Assembly: GCA_963817895.1 (NCBI GenBank)
Contig: CAWFQB010000011.1
Span: forward strand, 160,001 to 224,000
Direction: 5' to 3'
Source of the DNA: an uncultured Chthonomonadaceae bacterium
GTDB taxonomy: Bacteria; Armatimonadota; Chthonomonadetes; Chthonomonadales; Chthonomonadaceae
Length of the DNA stretch: 64,000 nucleotides
The notes beneath the pieces were generated by a model that searched no databases, was not told the DNA's origin, and worked only from the letters and a program-made list of their open reading frames with translations. This document shows positions 12,421 to 22,038 of the stretch, one piece after another (within the stretch, counting starts at the first letter, position 1; the number at the start of each line of letters is the position of its first letter). The position numbers and the translations under genes were made by a program.

Positions 12421-12446
12421 TTAGCACTCAACACCTAGAGCGCTAA
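12421..12446 (-). promoter_or_regulatory. CIRCE-like operator (HrcA site) upstream of groES
   Basis: ttagcactc-aacaccta-gagcgctaa against consensus TTAGCACTC-N9-GAGTGCTAA: one mismatch and an 8-nt spacer. Confidence 0.8.
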
Positions 12447-12646
12447 CATCAATCCCATTCTACCCAATCAGTGTCCGTAAATCAAGTGGCACGGCAATTA
12501 TTTCTCCGAGGTTGTTTGAGAAGGTTTTGAGCGTGTTGGCAGAAAGCAGGGCGGGGGATGTGTGGTATAGTGTACGCGGGAAGTGAGTAACGCGGCGCGG
12601 GAAATCCGGCTGCGAATTTCGAATTTAGAGGGAGAAGCGGAAAGCG

Positions 12647-13179
12647 ATGCAAACGCAGAAGGGCATGATAACGCTGTTGGTGGGGTTGATTTGCGTGTTG
12701 GCGCTGTTCCTGATGACGCAGAAGCCGCCGGGCGCGGCAGAAGATAGGCCGGCTCCCGACGCGCCGCTGATGCTCAATCCGAAACGGCCCACCCGTGCTG
12801 ATCTCCTCACTGCGCGGCAAAGTGGTGGTGCTGGATATCTGGGCGACGTGGTGCGGGCCGTGCCGCATGAGCATTCCCGAACTGGAAAAAATTTATAAAA
12901 AGTACAGGGGCAAAGGGCTGGAAGTGATTGGCGTGTCCGCCGATAACCCGTCCACGCAGTCGCGAATTCCCGCCGTGCAAGCAGGCGCTGGGCATCACCT
13001 ATCCCACTGTGATCGGGGACAAAACGCCCGCACTGTTCAAAAATTATTCCGCCGGCAGCATGCCCACGCTGTATGTGATTGATAAACAGGGCAACATCCG
13101 CTTGCAGGAATCCGGCTTCGATTCCGGAAACGGATTGTCAAAAGTGGATGAATTGATCGAAACTCTGTTGAAAGAGTAG
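12647..13179 (+). CDS. TlpA/ResA-family thiol:disulfide oxidoreductase (frameshifted)
   Basis: N-terminal TM anchor; 'LRGKVVVLDIWATWCGPC' and 'MPTLYVIDKQGNIR'. Confidence 0.85.
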
Positions 13180-13184
13180 ATGCG

Positions 13185-13319
13185 TTGTCTTGAACCATGA
13201 TTTTCAGGATTATTGGATTAACAGGATTTGAAACGTCAGATTGCCGCTTCAATTTGAAGATGAACAACGACCATATCCTGATAATCCGTTAATCTTGACA
13301 AATCACGGGTTCAAGACAA
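13185..13319. repeat. 135-bp imperfect inverted-repeat element (MITE/REP-like) with GGATT subrepeats
   Basis: ttgtcttgaacc..tgattt..caggattattggattaacaggat ... atcctgataatccgttaatcttgacaaatca..ggttcaagacaa. Confidence 0.65.
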
Positions 13320-13332
13320 TTCTTACCGCGTT

Positions 13333-14388
13333 TTATTGCGTCGCTGCTGCAAGGCGGAAATCAGAACCGCCAGCATCAGAACCGCGCCGACAACCGTTTC
13401 GCGCCACGACTGGTTGTTGAGCGACAGGTTGATGGTCGTGGAAATCGAGAACAGCAGCAAGCGCCCCGATTACCGTTCCCGCCACGCTGCCCCGCCCCCC
13501 GCTCAGACTGGCCCCGCCCACAACCGCCGCCGCAACCGCGTCGAGTTCATACGCCACGCCGATTTGCGGATCGCCCTGATGCGCGTACCCCGCGTACAGA
13601 ATGCCCGCCACGCCCCCAAGCAACGCGCTCACCCCATACGCGAACAGTTTCACGCGGAACGTATTCACGCCCGAAAGCAGGGTCGCCTGCTCGTTGTTGC
13701 CGATGCTGTACAGATACCGGCCCATGCGCGTTCGTTACCAGAACGATGCTGATAACAGCAGCGATAATCAGCATCAGGATGGTGGGAATGGGGATGGCGA
13801 GGGGCGTGCCCGCGAAAAGTTTGCCGTTGGTCAGCCAGTCGAAGAACGGATACTTGCTCTGGTCGAGAGTGGAATCTGCTGTTCGTGGTTCATCAAATAC
13901 GACTGACTGCGCAGGACGAGCAGGGATACCAGCGTGACCACGAACGGGGGCAGGCGCACTTTATGGATCAGCGTGGCGTGCAAGAAGCCGATGCCGAGCG
14001 CGAACAGCAGCGTCAGCGCAATGCCCAGTGCCACTGCCGCGCCCGTGAACATGCGCTTATCCAGCGCGGTCACGAAAAACGCCAGCAGCATACTGGTAAA
14101 GGCGATGAGCGAGCCGAGCGACAGGTCAATGCCGCCCGTGATGATAACGATGGTTTCGCCGATGGCGAAAATCGCCAGCAGCGAGGTTTGCAGCACGATG
14201 TTTTGCAGACTGGCCGAACTTAAAAACTGGGTTCGGACAGGCGACAGCACCATGACAACCACCAGTATCAGCAGCACGATACTGGTGGCAAGCTGCGGCC
14301 ACGCCAACAGCCGCTGCCCGAACGAGGGTCCGGGCGCGGGAGTGGGCGTGGGCGCGATGGTTTCGGCAGGGGTTTGATTGGAAGCCAT
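13333..14388 (-). CDS. Sugar ABC transporter permease, RbsC-like (frameshifted)
   Basis: 'IVIITGGIDLSLGS', 'LPPFVVTL', 'GNNEQATLLSGV' and 'YELDAVAAAVVGGASLSGGRGS'. Confidence 0.9.
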
Positions 14389-14389
14389 T

Positions 14390-15538
14390 TTAGGTGGAGG
14401 ACAATCCTTTGTCTGCCAGTTCTTTGAGGAACGGCGCGGAGTTTTCCGGCGTGACCACCTGAACGCCTGTATCAATGATGTGCTTGTCCGTGTCCACCTT
14501 CATGCCCTCTTTTTCCAGTTCGGGCTTGAGTTCATCCATCGCGGCTTTCAGACCCTTGCGGTTGATAAGCGTCAGCACTTTGGCGGACACGCGCCCGAAC
14601 TCGTAGGGACGCTGCACAACGGTCACGTCAATCTTCTTGTTTTTCAGGTTTTCCAGCGTGGCTTTTACGCCGTCGAAGCAGATGATTTTGATTTTGTCCT
14701 GCTTGCCGACTTTGCCGACCTCATCCACAATCGCCGGACCGTTGTAAGCGTACAGGCCGACCATGCCGTTGACTTTGTCGCCGTACTTGGTCATGGCGTC
14801 CACGACGTTGGTATGCGCTTTGCCGCTCTGATCTTTATTGTCCTCGAACGGGTCTTGCAGCATCGTGATGTTGTGGCCTTTGACCGTATCCACAAATCCC
14901 TGATAGCGCTGCTTGGCGTTGTCCGCGCTCATGTTGCCGACAAACGCGACGAGATTGCCGCCGGTCGGGAACAGTTTCACGGCCGCGTTGCCCGCTTCTA
15001 CGCCCGCCTGATAGTTGTTCGTGCCGATGTACACCAGCCGCTTGCTTGTGGGCGCGTCCGAGTCGAAAGTGACGACGGGAATTCCTTTGGCAATCGCCTC
15101 GTCAATGGTGGACGCGAAGGCTTCCGCGATAATGGGGGACACGGCAATGCCGTCCACGCCCGCCGCGATCTGCTGGTCAAAACTGTTCTTCTGTCCCACG
15201 TTATCGGTCTTGTCCGGCGGCAGCCAACTGCCTTTCGCGTTTGCTTCTTTCAAACCGACATCCAGCCCTTTGCCCATCGTGTCCCAGAACGGGTCGCGTC
15301 CGTTGGTGATCACTTTGAACGTCAGGTCGCCGTTGGACTTGCGGGGCGTGTCGAAGGAGGAGCCGGCGGAAGGAGTGTCCGTCGTTTTGGTGGGGGTACT
15401 CGGCGTATCGGACTTCGCCATTGGGGTCGTGGTCGGCGGCGTGGTGGCGGTATCGCCCCCCTTGTTGGGGTCGCAGCCGAACAGGGAAACGGTCAGGCTC
15501 AACATTGCCAGACCTTGAACGAGTTGAAAACGTTTCAT
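14390..15538 (-). CDS. Sugar ABC transporter substrate-binding lipoprotein
   Basis: Lipobox 'SLFGC', Thr/Pro linker, 'GIPVVTFDSDAP.SKRLVYIGTNNYQAG'. Confidence 0.9.
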   Translation of the reverse strand: MKRFQLVQGLAMLSLTVSLFGCDPNKGGDTATTPPTTTPMAKSDTPSTPTKTTDTPSAGSSFDTPRKSNGDLTFKVITNGRDPFWDTMGKGLDVGLKEANAKGSWLPPDKTDNVGQKNSFDQQIAAGVDGIAVSPIIAEAFASTIDEAIAKGIPVVTFDSDAPTSKRLVYIGTNNYQAGVEAGNAAVKLFPTGGNLVAFVGNMSADNAKQRYQGFVDTVKGHNITMLQDPFEDNKDQSGKAHTNVVDAMTKYGDKVNGMVGLYAYNGPAIVDEVGKVGKQDKIKIICFDGVKATLENLKNKKIDVTVVQRPYEFGRVSAKVLTLINRKGLKAAMDELKPELEKEGMKVDTDKHIIDTGVQVVTPENSAPFLKELADKGLSST

Positions 15539-15574
15539 AGTGGGTAAATGCTCCCTCGCAGTTGTTATGAAGAT

Positions 15575-15783
15575 GGGTGTTCAGGTGTTCAGGTACTCGG
15601 GTGTTCAGGAACTAAATTGCAAATGTCGCCGCGCTAAAGCAAACATGGTACTGTTGCATTGTCCTGAACACCCGAATACCTGAACACTACAATATGGGCA
15701 GGAAATAGTTCGCTATCGGAGAGTATACCTCCTGCTTCATATTTTCGACTACCAAATGCGGAACACCTGAATACCTGAACACC
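15575..15783. repeat. 8-bp-period GGTRTTCR repeats in both orientations
   Basis: gggtgttcaggtgttcaggtactcgggtgttcagg (about 15576-15609), inverted cctgaacacccgaatacctgaacac (about 15663-15687) and gaacacctgaatacctgaacacc (about 15761-15783). Confidence 0.75.
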
Positions 15784-16559
15784 TACACCCCCAACGTATC
15801 GCGCAGATAGGCGCGGCTGATGGCGACGGACTCGGCGGGCGTTAATTCGGTTTGATCCTGTTCCGCCACGATCCATTGCGCGTTCGCCTGTTGCGCGGCA
15901 GCGAACGCGGCCTTCAAATCCACGTCGCCTGTGCCGAGTTCCAGAAAGTGGGGCTGCGATTTGCCGTCAACGGTTGTTTTGCGCCCGTCTTTGAAGTGGA
16001 AATAGCCTGTCCGGTCGGCGTGGGACGCAATGAAGGCAACGGGGTCCAGCCCGCCGTAGTAAATCCAGAACACGTCCAGATTGTATTTCACCAGCGCGGG
16101 ATCGGTTTCCGCGTCCAGTATCGCCATACCGTTCGTGCCGCCCAGATCATCGAACTCCCAGGCGTGGTTGTGGTAGTTGAAGGTCAGCCCCTCATCCGCC
16201 AGTTGTTTGCCCACCTGATTGAAGACCTGCGCCGACTGCTTGTAACCCTCAACCGTTTTGGAATCGGACACGCCGGAACACATGAAGTTTTTCAGGCCAA
16301 TGGCTTTGGCGTACGCGATATGGTCACTCAGGTTTTCCGGTTTCGCGTAATCGCCATAGCCGAAATGCGCCCCGGATACCCGAATGTTGTACTGGTCGAG
16401 TAGCCGGCGTGTCGTTTCCTCGCCATGCGCTTTGAACAGATTTCCGGCCTCAATCGCGGGAAAGCCCGCCGCTGCCACATCCTTCAAAACGCCCTCAAAA
16501 TCATTCTGTCCCCGCGAACCAAAAACAATCATCTGCACGGAAGCCATCGGGTTCGACAT
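15783..16559 (-). CDS. Sugar phosphate isomerase/epimerase (xylose-isomerase-like TIM barrel)
   Basis: 'FNYHNHAWEF', 'LDVFW', 'FHFKDG', 'ELGTGDVD' and 'VAEQD'. Confidence 0.88.
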   Translation of the reverse strand: MSNPMASVQMIVFGSRGQNDFEGVLKDVAAAGFPAIEAGNLFKAHGEETTRRLLDQYNIRVSGAHFGYGDYAKPENLSDHIAYAKAIGLKNFMCSGVSDSKTVEGYKQSAQVFNQVGKQLADEGLTFNYHNHAWEFDDLGGTNGMAILDAETDPALVKYNLDVFWIYYGGLDPVAFIASHADRTGYFHFKDGRKTTVDGKSQPHFLELGTGDVDLKAAFAAAQQANAQWIVAEQDQTELTPAESVAISRAYLRDTLGV

Positions 16560-16772
16560 CGTTGTGTTCTCCTTCCAAACGCCCAAATTGTAAAGGAATG
16601 TTTCCTGCCTGCTTTATACAGCATCACGCGCTAAAAATCCTTCCCGCTCTGTTGTAATATTGCAGGAAAGCGAGGCGCTAATGTTCAATAGCAGGCTGCA
16701 AATGATTCTGGAACTTCCTGTGGTTCTGATTTTGCGGAACTTTACCGGTTATGGCAGGGGAGGCGTTGCCCA

Positions 16773-17549
16773 TTGGAAAGTTCGAGAGTAAATTTGTCAG
16801 TGAATTTGCGGGGCAGGACGGCCCTTGTTACGGGAGGCGGTTCCGGGATCGGGTATGCTATCGCCGCCGGACTGGCGCAGGCGGGGGCAAAGGTTTTCAT
16901 CAACGACGTGGCTGCCGAACGCGCGCGGGAGGCTGCCGCAATGCTGCAATCCGAAGCTCTGCCCGGTGATATTACCAATCCTGACTTCCTTCAAGCGGTT
17001 CGGGGCCTGCCAGTTGATATTCTGGTCAATAATGCCGGGTTTCAGCATGTCGCTCCTGTGGAGGAGTTCCCGCCCGAAATCTTCCGGCAGATGCTGGAAG
17101 TGATGCTCGTGGCTCCGTTTCTGCTCACGCAGGCCGTCATTCCGGGTATGAAGGCGAAGGGATTCGGACGCATACTCAACATCGCCTCGATTCACGCCAA
17201 AATCGCGTCCGCGTATAAATCGGGGTATGTGTCGGCCAAACATGGATTGTTGGGTCTGACTCGCGCTGCCGCTGTGGAACTCGCGCCCTGTGGCATTACC
17301 GTCAATGCGATCTGCCCCGGCTATGTGGATACGCCGCTGGTCAGAAACCAACTGGCCGACCTTGCAGCCGCCCATAACCTCGAATCGGCGGAGGACGCCA
17401 TCGAAGCCGTGATTTTACGCAATGTCCCGATAAAGCATCTTATTGCGCCTGATGAAATCGCGTCTCTCGCGCTCTTCCTGTGTTCGGATGCCGCTCGTTC
17501 CATTACCGCGCAGGGCTACACCATTGACGCCGGACTAACGCAAATCTGA
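16773..17549 (+). CDS. bdhA: 3-hydroxybutyrate dehydrogenase (SDR)
   Basis: TGGGSGIG, 'NNAGFQHVAPVEEFP', 'YVSAKHG' and 'CPGYVDTPLV'. Confidence 0.8.
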   Translation: MESSRVNLSVNLRGRTALVTGGGSGIGYAIAAGLAQAGAKVFINDVAAERAREAAAMLQSEALPGDITNPDFLQAVRGLPVDILVNNAGFQHVAPVEEFPPEIFRQMLEVMLVAPFLLTQAVIPGMKAKGFGRILNIASIHAKIASAYKSGYVSAKHGLLGLTRAAAVELAPCGITVNAICPGYVDTPLVRNQLADLAAAHNLESAEDAIEAVILRNVPIKHLIAPDEIASLALFLCSDAARSITAQGYTIDAGLTQI

Positions 17550-17727
17550 GGGCGCGACAAAATATATCTGTATGGCAAAGCGTTGTACGATGCCCGCAGC
17601 CGCGTGGCGACGTATCCCTGCGCTATAGATGATAACGGGGATGTGGCGATACATCTGTAAACAAACTGATGCCCGGAAATAATCGCGCAAATTTGTAATA
17701 AAAAATGTAGAAATCGCAAAAAGGTGG

Positions 17728-17756
17728 TTGACAGGAGAGATAAGTTCTGTTACAAT
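17728..17756 (+). promoter_or_regulatory. Sigma70 promoter of the LacI-glycan operon
   Basis: TTGACA-17 nt-TACAAT with an extended TG. Confidence 0.8.
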
Positions 17757-17877
17757 GGGAGTATGACCTAACGATAGGTTTGCGTAAACGTTTTTCACGC
17801 TCTGGCTGTGAACAAAAACAACTTTTTGTTTGTTCGCGCAGCAAGGGGCTGAGTTAGTTTCAAAAATTGTTTCGGAA

Positions 17878-17901
17878 CAATGACCTAACATTAGGTCATT
17901 G
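17878..17901. promoter_or_regulatory. LacI-type palindromic operator (second copy at about 17763-17780)
   Basis: caatgacctaa-ca-ttaggtcattg and atgacctaacgataggtt. Confidence 0.7.
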
Positions 17902-17936
17902 CGAATCAGGGGCGTTTTCAGCGAAAGAGGGCATAG

Positions 17937-19012
17937 ATGGCAGGGCGAAGCAGCGGCAGGGTGACACTCAGCGAAATCGCGAAACGCGCCAGCACCAACA
18001 CGATGGCCGTATCCGTCGTGCTGAACGGCGCGCGTTCCAATACGCGCGTCTCCGAAGAGACCCGGCTGCGTATCCGCGAAATCGCCGCCGAACTCAACTA
18101 TTTCCCCAACGCTCTGGCGCAGGGGCTGAAGCGACAGCGGGCGGACACTATCGGCGTTCTGTTCAACTGGGCCGGCCCACATACGCTGAACAATCTGTTT
18201 TCTGTCGCATTACTGGACGGCATTGTCGCGGGCGCGGCGGCGGCGGGAAATCGCGTTCTGCTGTACACCGAACCCTGGGTCAGCGCGTCTGCATCCGCCG
18301 CCGCTTTTTCGGACAATCGGGCGGATGGCGTAATCGTTGTCGCCCCGCGCGACCATTCGGACGTGATTTCCGGCCTTGCGGGTTTGGGCGTACCGATTAC
18401 GCTGCTCTCCTCGGCAACCGATATTGCCGGCGTTCCTTATGTCAATGGCGACAACTGGCGCGGCATTTCTCTCGCGCTGGATCATCTGGCAAGCCTGGGA
18501 CACGCGCGCATCGCCTACGTCAGCCAATCGCTGCAACGCTACAACATGCGTACTCGCCATGCGTCCTTTTGCCGCTGGCTGTCCGAGCGCGGACTTGCGC
18601 TTCCCGAAGATTATGTTGTGCTGCTGGAGGCAGGGGGGGCGCAGCCGTGAACCGGCCCCGCATCGAGGCGCTGCTGCATCTTCCCCATCCGCCCACAGCC
18701 ATTCTCGCTTCCAATGACGATGTGGCGGTAGAAATTCTGGATGCCGCGCGGAATAGCGGAGTCGTCGTGCCGGATCAGTTATCCGTAGTCGGCTTTGATG
18801 ATGTGCTGGTGGCGTCCCTGACCGTGCCGAAATTGACTACCATCCGTCAGCCCCTGTTTGAAATGGGCCGACAGGCCGCGCTGCTGCTGGCCGCGCGCAT
18901 TGAAGCAAAAGAGGTTTCTCCCGACCAGACTCCTGCCGCTTCTTATATCGCCGTTCCTGAACTTATCGTCCGAGCGTCAACATCGCGTGTCTCTCCGTCC
19001 CCGAAGGACTGA
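17937..19012 (+). CDS. LacI-family transcriptional regulator (frameshift in the G run near 18635)
   Basis: HTH '[10 protein letters not shown]......VSVVLN', '[12 protein letters not shown]' and '[12 protein letters not shown]...LTTIRQP'. Confidence 0.92.
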
Positions 19013-19067
19013 GAGGGTTGTGCCGCCGAATCGGATTTTATCCGTCCGGCGCAAGAAAGGAAAGACA

Positions 19068-19919
19068 ATGGTTGTCCATTCTTCGTCTCGATACCAGAAC
19101 CGAGTTTCCAGCCGTCCCGTGAATAGCAGAGGAAACCGCGCGGGCTTCACCCTGATCGAACTGCTCGTCGTCATTGCCATCATCGCTATATTGGCGGCGA
19201 TTCTGTTTCCCGTTTTCGCGCAGGCGCGGGAAAAGGCGCGGCAGACCACCTGCCTTTCCAACGTCAAGCAAATTTCGCTGGCGATGACGATGTACGTTCA
19301 GGATTACGACGAAATGTTCTGCCCCGGCAGGTACTACTTCGGCACGGATGCCTGGACATGGGATCACTACATCGAACCCTACGCGCAGAAGTCGGGCGCG
19401 CAATACTACGGGCAGGGGAACAACCCGTATCTTGTGTGTCCCAGTGACACCACGCCCCGCACAACCAAAACATCCGGCAAGCGCTCCTACGCCATTCCTA
19501 TGTCGGCGTTTACGACTGCCGACTACGCCTGGAAAGCCGAAGTGTACACGGGATCGTTTTACATCACTCCTGGACGCAGCCTCTCCGAATTTCCCGCGCC
19601 CGCCAGCGTGATTTTAATCGCGGAAGCGCCGGTGGATAGCAACCGCATCGGCAACAATACCGGCTTTCGAGTCGGCAGCGCCAATGGGCAACTGCCGCCC
19701 TCGGGCGCGAACCCTCCCGCTGCCGGGGCCGTACCCAGCCATTCCGGTGGCTGGAATTATGGGTTCGTGGACGGTCACGCCAAATGGTTCCGCCCGGAAC
19801 AGACCGCCGCGACACCCGGCGTAAGCTACAGCGCGTCGTATGTCAACGCTGCCGGCTTCAACTGTTACGGAAACGTGGTTCGCCCCTGCGGGCTGTGGAC
19901 GCTTTCCGAAAATGACTGA
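19068..19919 (+). CDS. DUF1559 prepilin-type N-methylation protein with H-X9-DG motif
   Basis: '[38 protein letters not shown]' and '[15 protein letters not shown]'. Confidence 0.92.
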   Translation: MVVHSSSRYQNRVSSRPVNSRGNRAGFTLIELLVVIAIIAILAAILFPVFAQAREKARQTTCLSNVKQISLAMTMYVQDYDEMFCPGRYYFGTDAWTWDHYIEPYAQKSGAQYYGQGNNPYLVCPSDTTPRTTKTSGKRSYAIPMSAFTTADYAWKAEVYTGSFYITPGRSLSEFPAPASVILIAEAPVDSNRIGNNTGFRVGSANGQLPPSGANPPAAGAVPSHSGGWNYGFVDGHAKWFRPEQTAATPGVSYSASYVNAAGFNCYGNVVRPCGLWTLSEND

Positions 19920-19986
19920 TTCTCTCGTTTGAACTTTCGTCATATCGCCCTGTTGCCGTATTATCGAAAGGCAGGTTTGCCGTACT

Positions 19987-21966
19987 ATGAAGACTCCAGT
20001 GTTTCTGGTATGCTGTGCCGCGTCGCTGTATCTTTGCGCTGTTCCCCGCGCCCGCGAAATGACGGCAGCTTCTCCCGCGCCGAAGGTGACGGGCGGGGGA
20101 AGCGCATTGCTGCAATGTGAGTTCAACGAACCATCAGCCTGGCCGGAAGCGTCGGCAAGCGTCGGCATGGGAAGCCGAGGATTGCAAGCCCGCGCCGAAC
20201 ACGCGGATGTTGGGACGATTGATATTGCCGGTTCTTCTACGCCCTCTGGCGGCCTGCGGCTTGCCGTCACCGGTTCCGACACCCATGCGACAGGCAGGGC
20301 AATCCTGTCCAGCGGTTTGCAGGCGGTTCGGAATACGGAAACCAATCTGGCGAAACTGACCCTGAGTTTCAGCCTGTCCTCTTCTACAACGCGGCCTGTT
20401 CTGGTCCGAATGGAGTCCTTTAATGCCGGAAAGAAGCGAACGGGAGGCTGCGAAGGGCTGATAACTCCTGCCGCGCCCGATTTCTATCAGCGTTACGCGC
20501 TGGAACTGGCAACGCTGCGTCCCTTCGTGGGCGCGTTTCAGCCGACTGCGCCGTTCGTGAAAATCAGTTTTGAAATCCAGATTGGGCCGGAAAGCGGCAG
20601 CAACAGGGCGGAACTTCGCCTGGACAATGTCTACTATGCCAAACCCGCGTACTACGTCCGTCCAACCGGCAGCGATAAAAACGACGGGCGTAGCGAACAG
20701 GCTCCCTTCGCGACCCCGCAAAAAGCGATAGATGTGGCCGGACCGGGCGACATCGTGCTGGTGATGAACGGCACGTATATGCCCCATGATGTGCAGGAGG
20801 GCGTTGTCGCGTTCCGCCATGCTGGAACTCCCTCCGCGTGGATTGTTTTGAAGAATTATTCGGGGCATCAGCCCGTATTTTCGGCAGTCGGAACGTGGAA
20901 CGCGATACGGCTCGGACAGCGCGGCACAACCGCCAAGCCTTCCGCAGAACCCGCGCTGGCCTACATCGAGACGCGCGGCCTGCGCATACGCGGTGACGCC
21001 GATGTGGCAAAAGAAAAGTACGCGGATTTGATCGGCAAGCCCGACCCGCATACGAACAGCAACGGCATCAACATTACGGGCCGCTACGAAACCAACAAAC
21101 CGCACCATATACGTATCGCGGACAATGTTGTCGAGTATTGCGCGGGCGCGGGTATCGGCAGCGGCGAAGCGGACTGGTTTACGATTGAGAACAACATTGT
21201 TCGCAACAACTGCTGGTGGATGATTTACGCCGGTTCGGGCATTTCTATGCTGGATAACTCCAATTTCGACAGCGCGGAAAATGTTTACAAGATGCTGATT
21301 TCCAACAATCAGGTCAGCGGCAACCGCTGTTTCGTTCCTTGGGGCAAAATCAAGAAAATCTCCGACGGAAACGGTATCATTATAGATACCAACTATGTTC
21401 CGGCAAAAAACCAGATTTATCTGGGCCGAACTCTGGCGCAGAACAATCTGTCGTTCAACAATGGCGGTTCCGGTATCCACTCGTTCCGGTCGCATCAGAT
21501 AGACATCATCAACAATACGGCTTATATGAACGGCGCATCCCCCGAACTGGCGTGGGGGCAAATCTTTGTTCAGAGTACGGACGACGTTCGCATGATGAAC
21601 AATATTCTGGTTGCGCGGGACGGCCAGCCGGTGAATACGGTCAGTTCCGACATCAGCGACAAGGGCAATACCCGTATCACGCGCATGAACAACCTGTATT
21701 TCGGAGGGGGAACGCCGCCGATTATGGGGCCGAATGACAAGATTGCCGACCCGCTGTTCGTCAATCCCTCCCTTGATCCCGCATCCGCCGATTTTCATGT
21801 GAAGGCGGACAGTCCGGCAGTAGCGGCGGGAAAGCGGGAACCGCTCGTCCCCTGGATTGATCTTGAGGGCCATGCGCGCAGCGCGATCCCGACAATAGGC
21901 GCGTTGGAAAAACACAGTGTAAAGGTGGCGCGGGACACGCGACTCCCGACCCTTCCGCAAAGATAG
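19987..21966 (+). CDS. Exported right-handed parallel beta-helix protein (putative polysaccharide lyase/hydrolase)
   Basis: Signal peptide, 'YYVRPTGSDKNDGRS...PFAT.QKA', repeated NN/GNGI strands and 'DFHVKADSPA'. Confidence 0.8.
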   Translation: MKTPVFLVCCAASLYLCAVPRAREMTAASPAPKVTGGGSALLQCEFNEPSAWPEASASVGMGSRGLQARAEHADVGTIDIAGSSTPSGGLRLAVTGSDTHATGRAILSSGLQAVRNTETNLAKLTLSFSLSSSTTRPVLVRMESFNAGKKRTGGCEGLITPAAPDFYQRYALELATLRPFVGAFQPTAPFVKISFEIQIGPESGSNRAELRLDNVYYAKPAYYVRPTGSDKNDGRSEQAPFATPQKAIDVAGPGDIVLVMNGTYMPHDVQEGVVAFRHAGTPSAWIVLKNYSGHQPVFSAVGTWNAIRLGQRGTTAKPSAEPALAYIETRGLRIRGDADVAKEKYADLIGKPDPHTNSNGINITGRYETNKPHHIRIADNVVEYCAGAGIGSGEADWFTIENNIVRNNCWWMIYAGSGISMLDNSNFDSAENVYKMLISNNQVSGNRCFVPWGKIKKISDGNGIIIDTNYVPAKNQIYLGRTLAQNNLSFNNGGSGIHSFRSHQIDIINNTAYMNGASPELAWGQIFVQSTDDVRMMNNILVARDGQPVNTVSSDISDKGNTRITRMNNLYFGGGTPPIMGPNDKIADPLFVNPSLDPASADFHVKADSPAVAAGKREPLVPWIDLEGHARSAIPTIGALEKHSVKVARDTRLPTLPQR

Positions 21967-22038
21967 CCCTCAACCCCTAACCCCTTCTCCCAAAAAGCCT
22001 GAGAGAAGGGGAACCTGTTTGAAGGAATTTTGATTCGT

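Noticed and set aside
20134..21960. Long antisense ORFs (608 aa here; also 26766-27866, 14378-15547, 50538-51746)
   Set aside because: Shadow frames of well-supported genes in GC-rich DNA, with no recognisable motifs.
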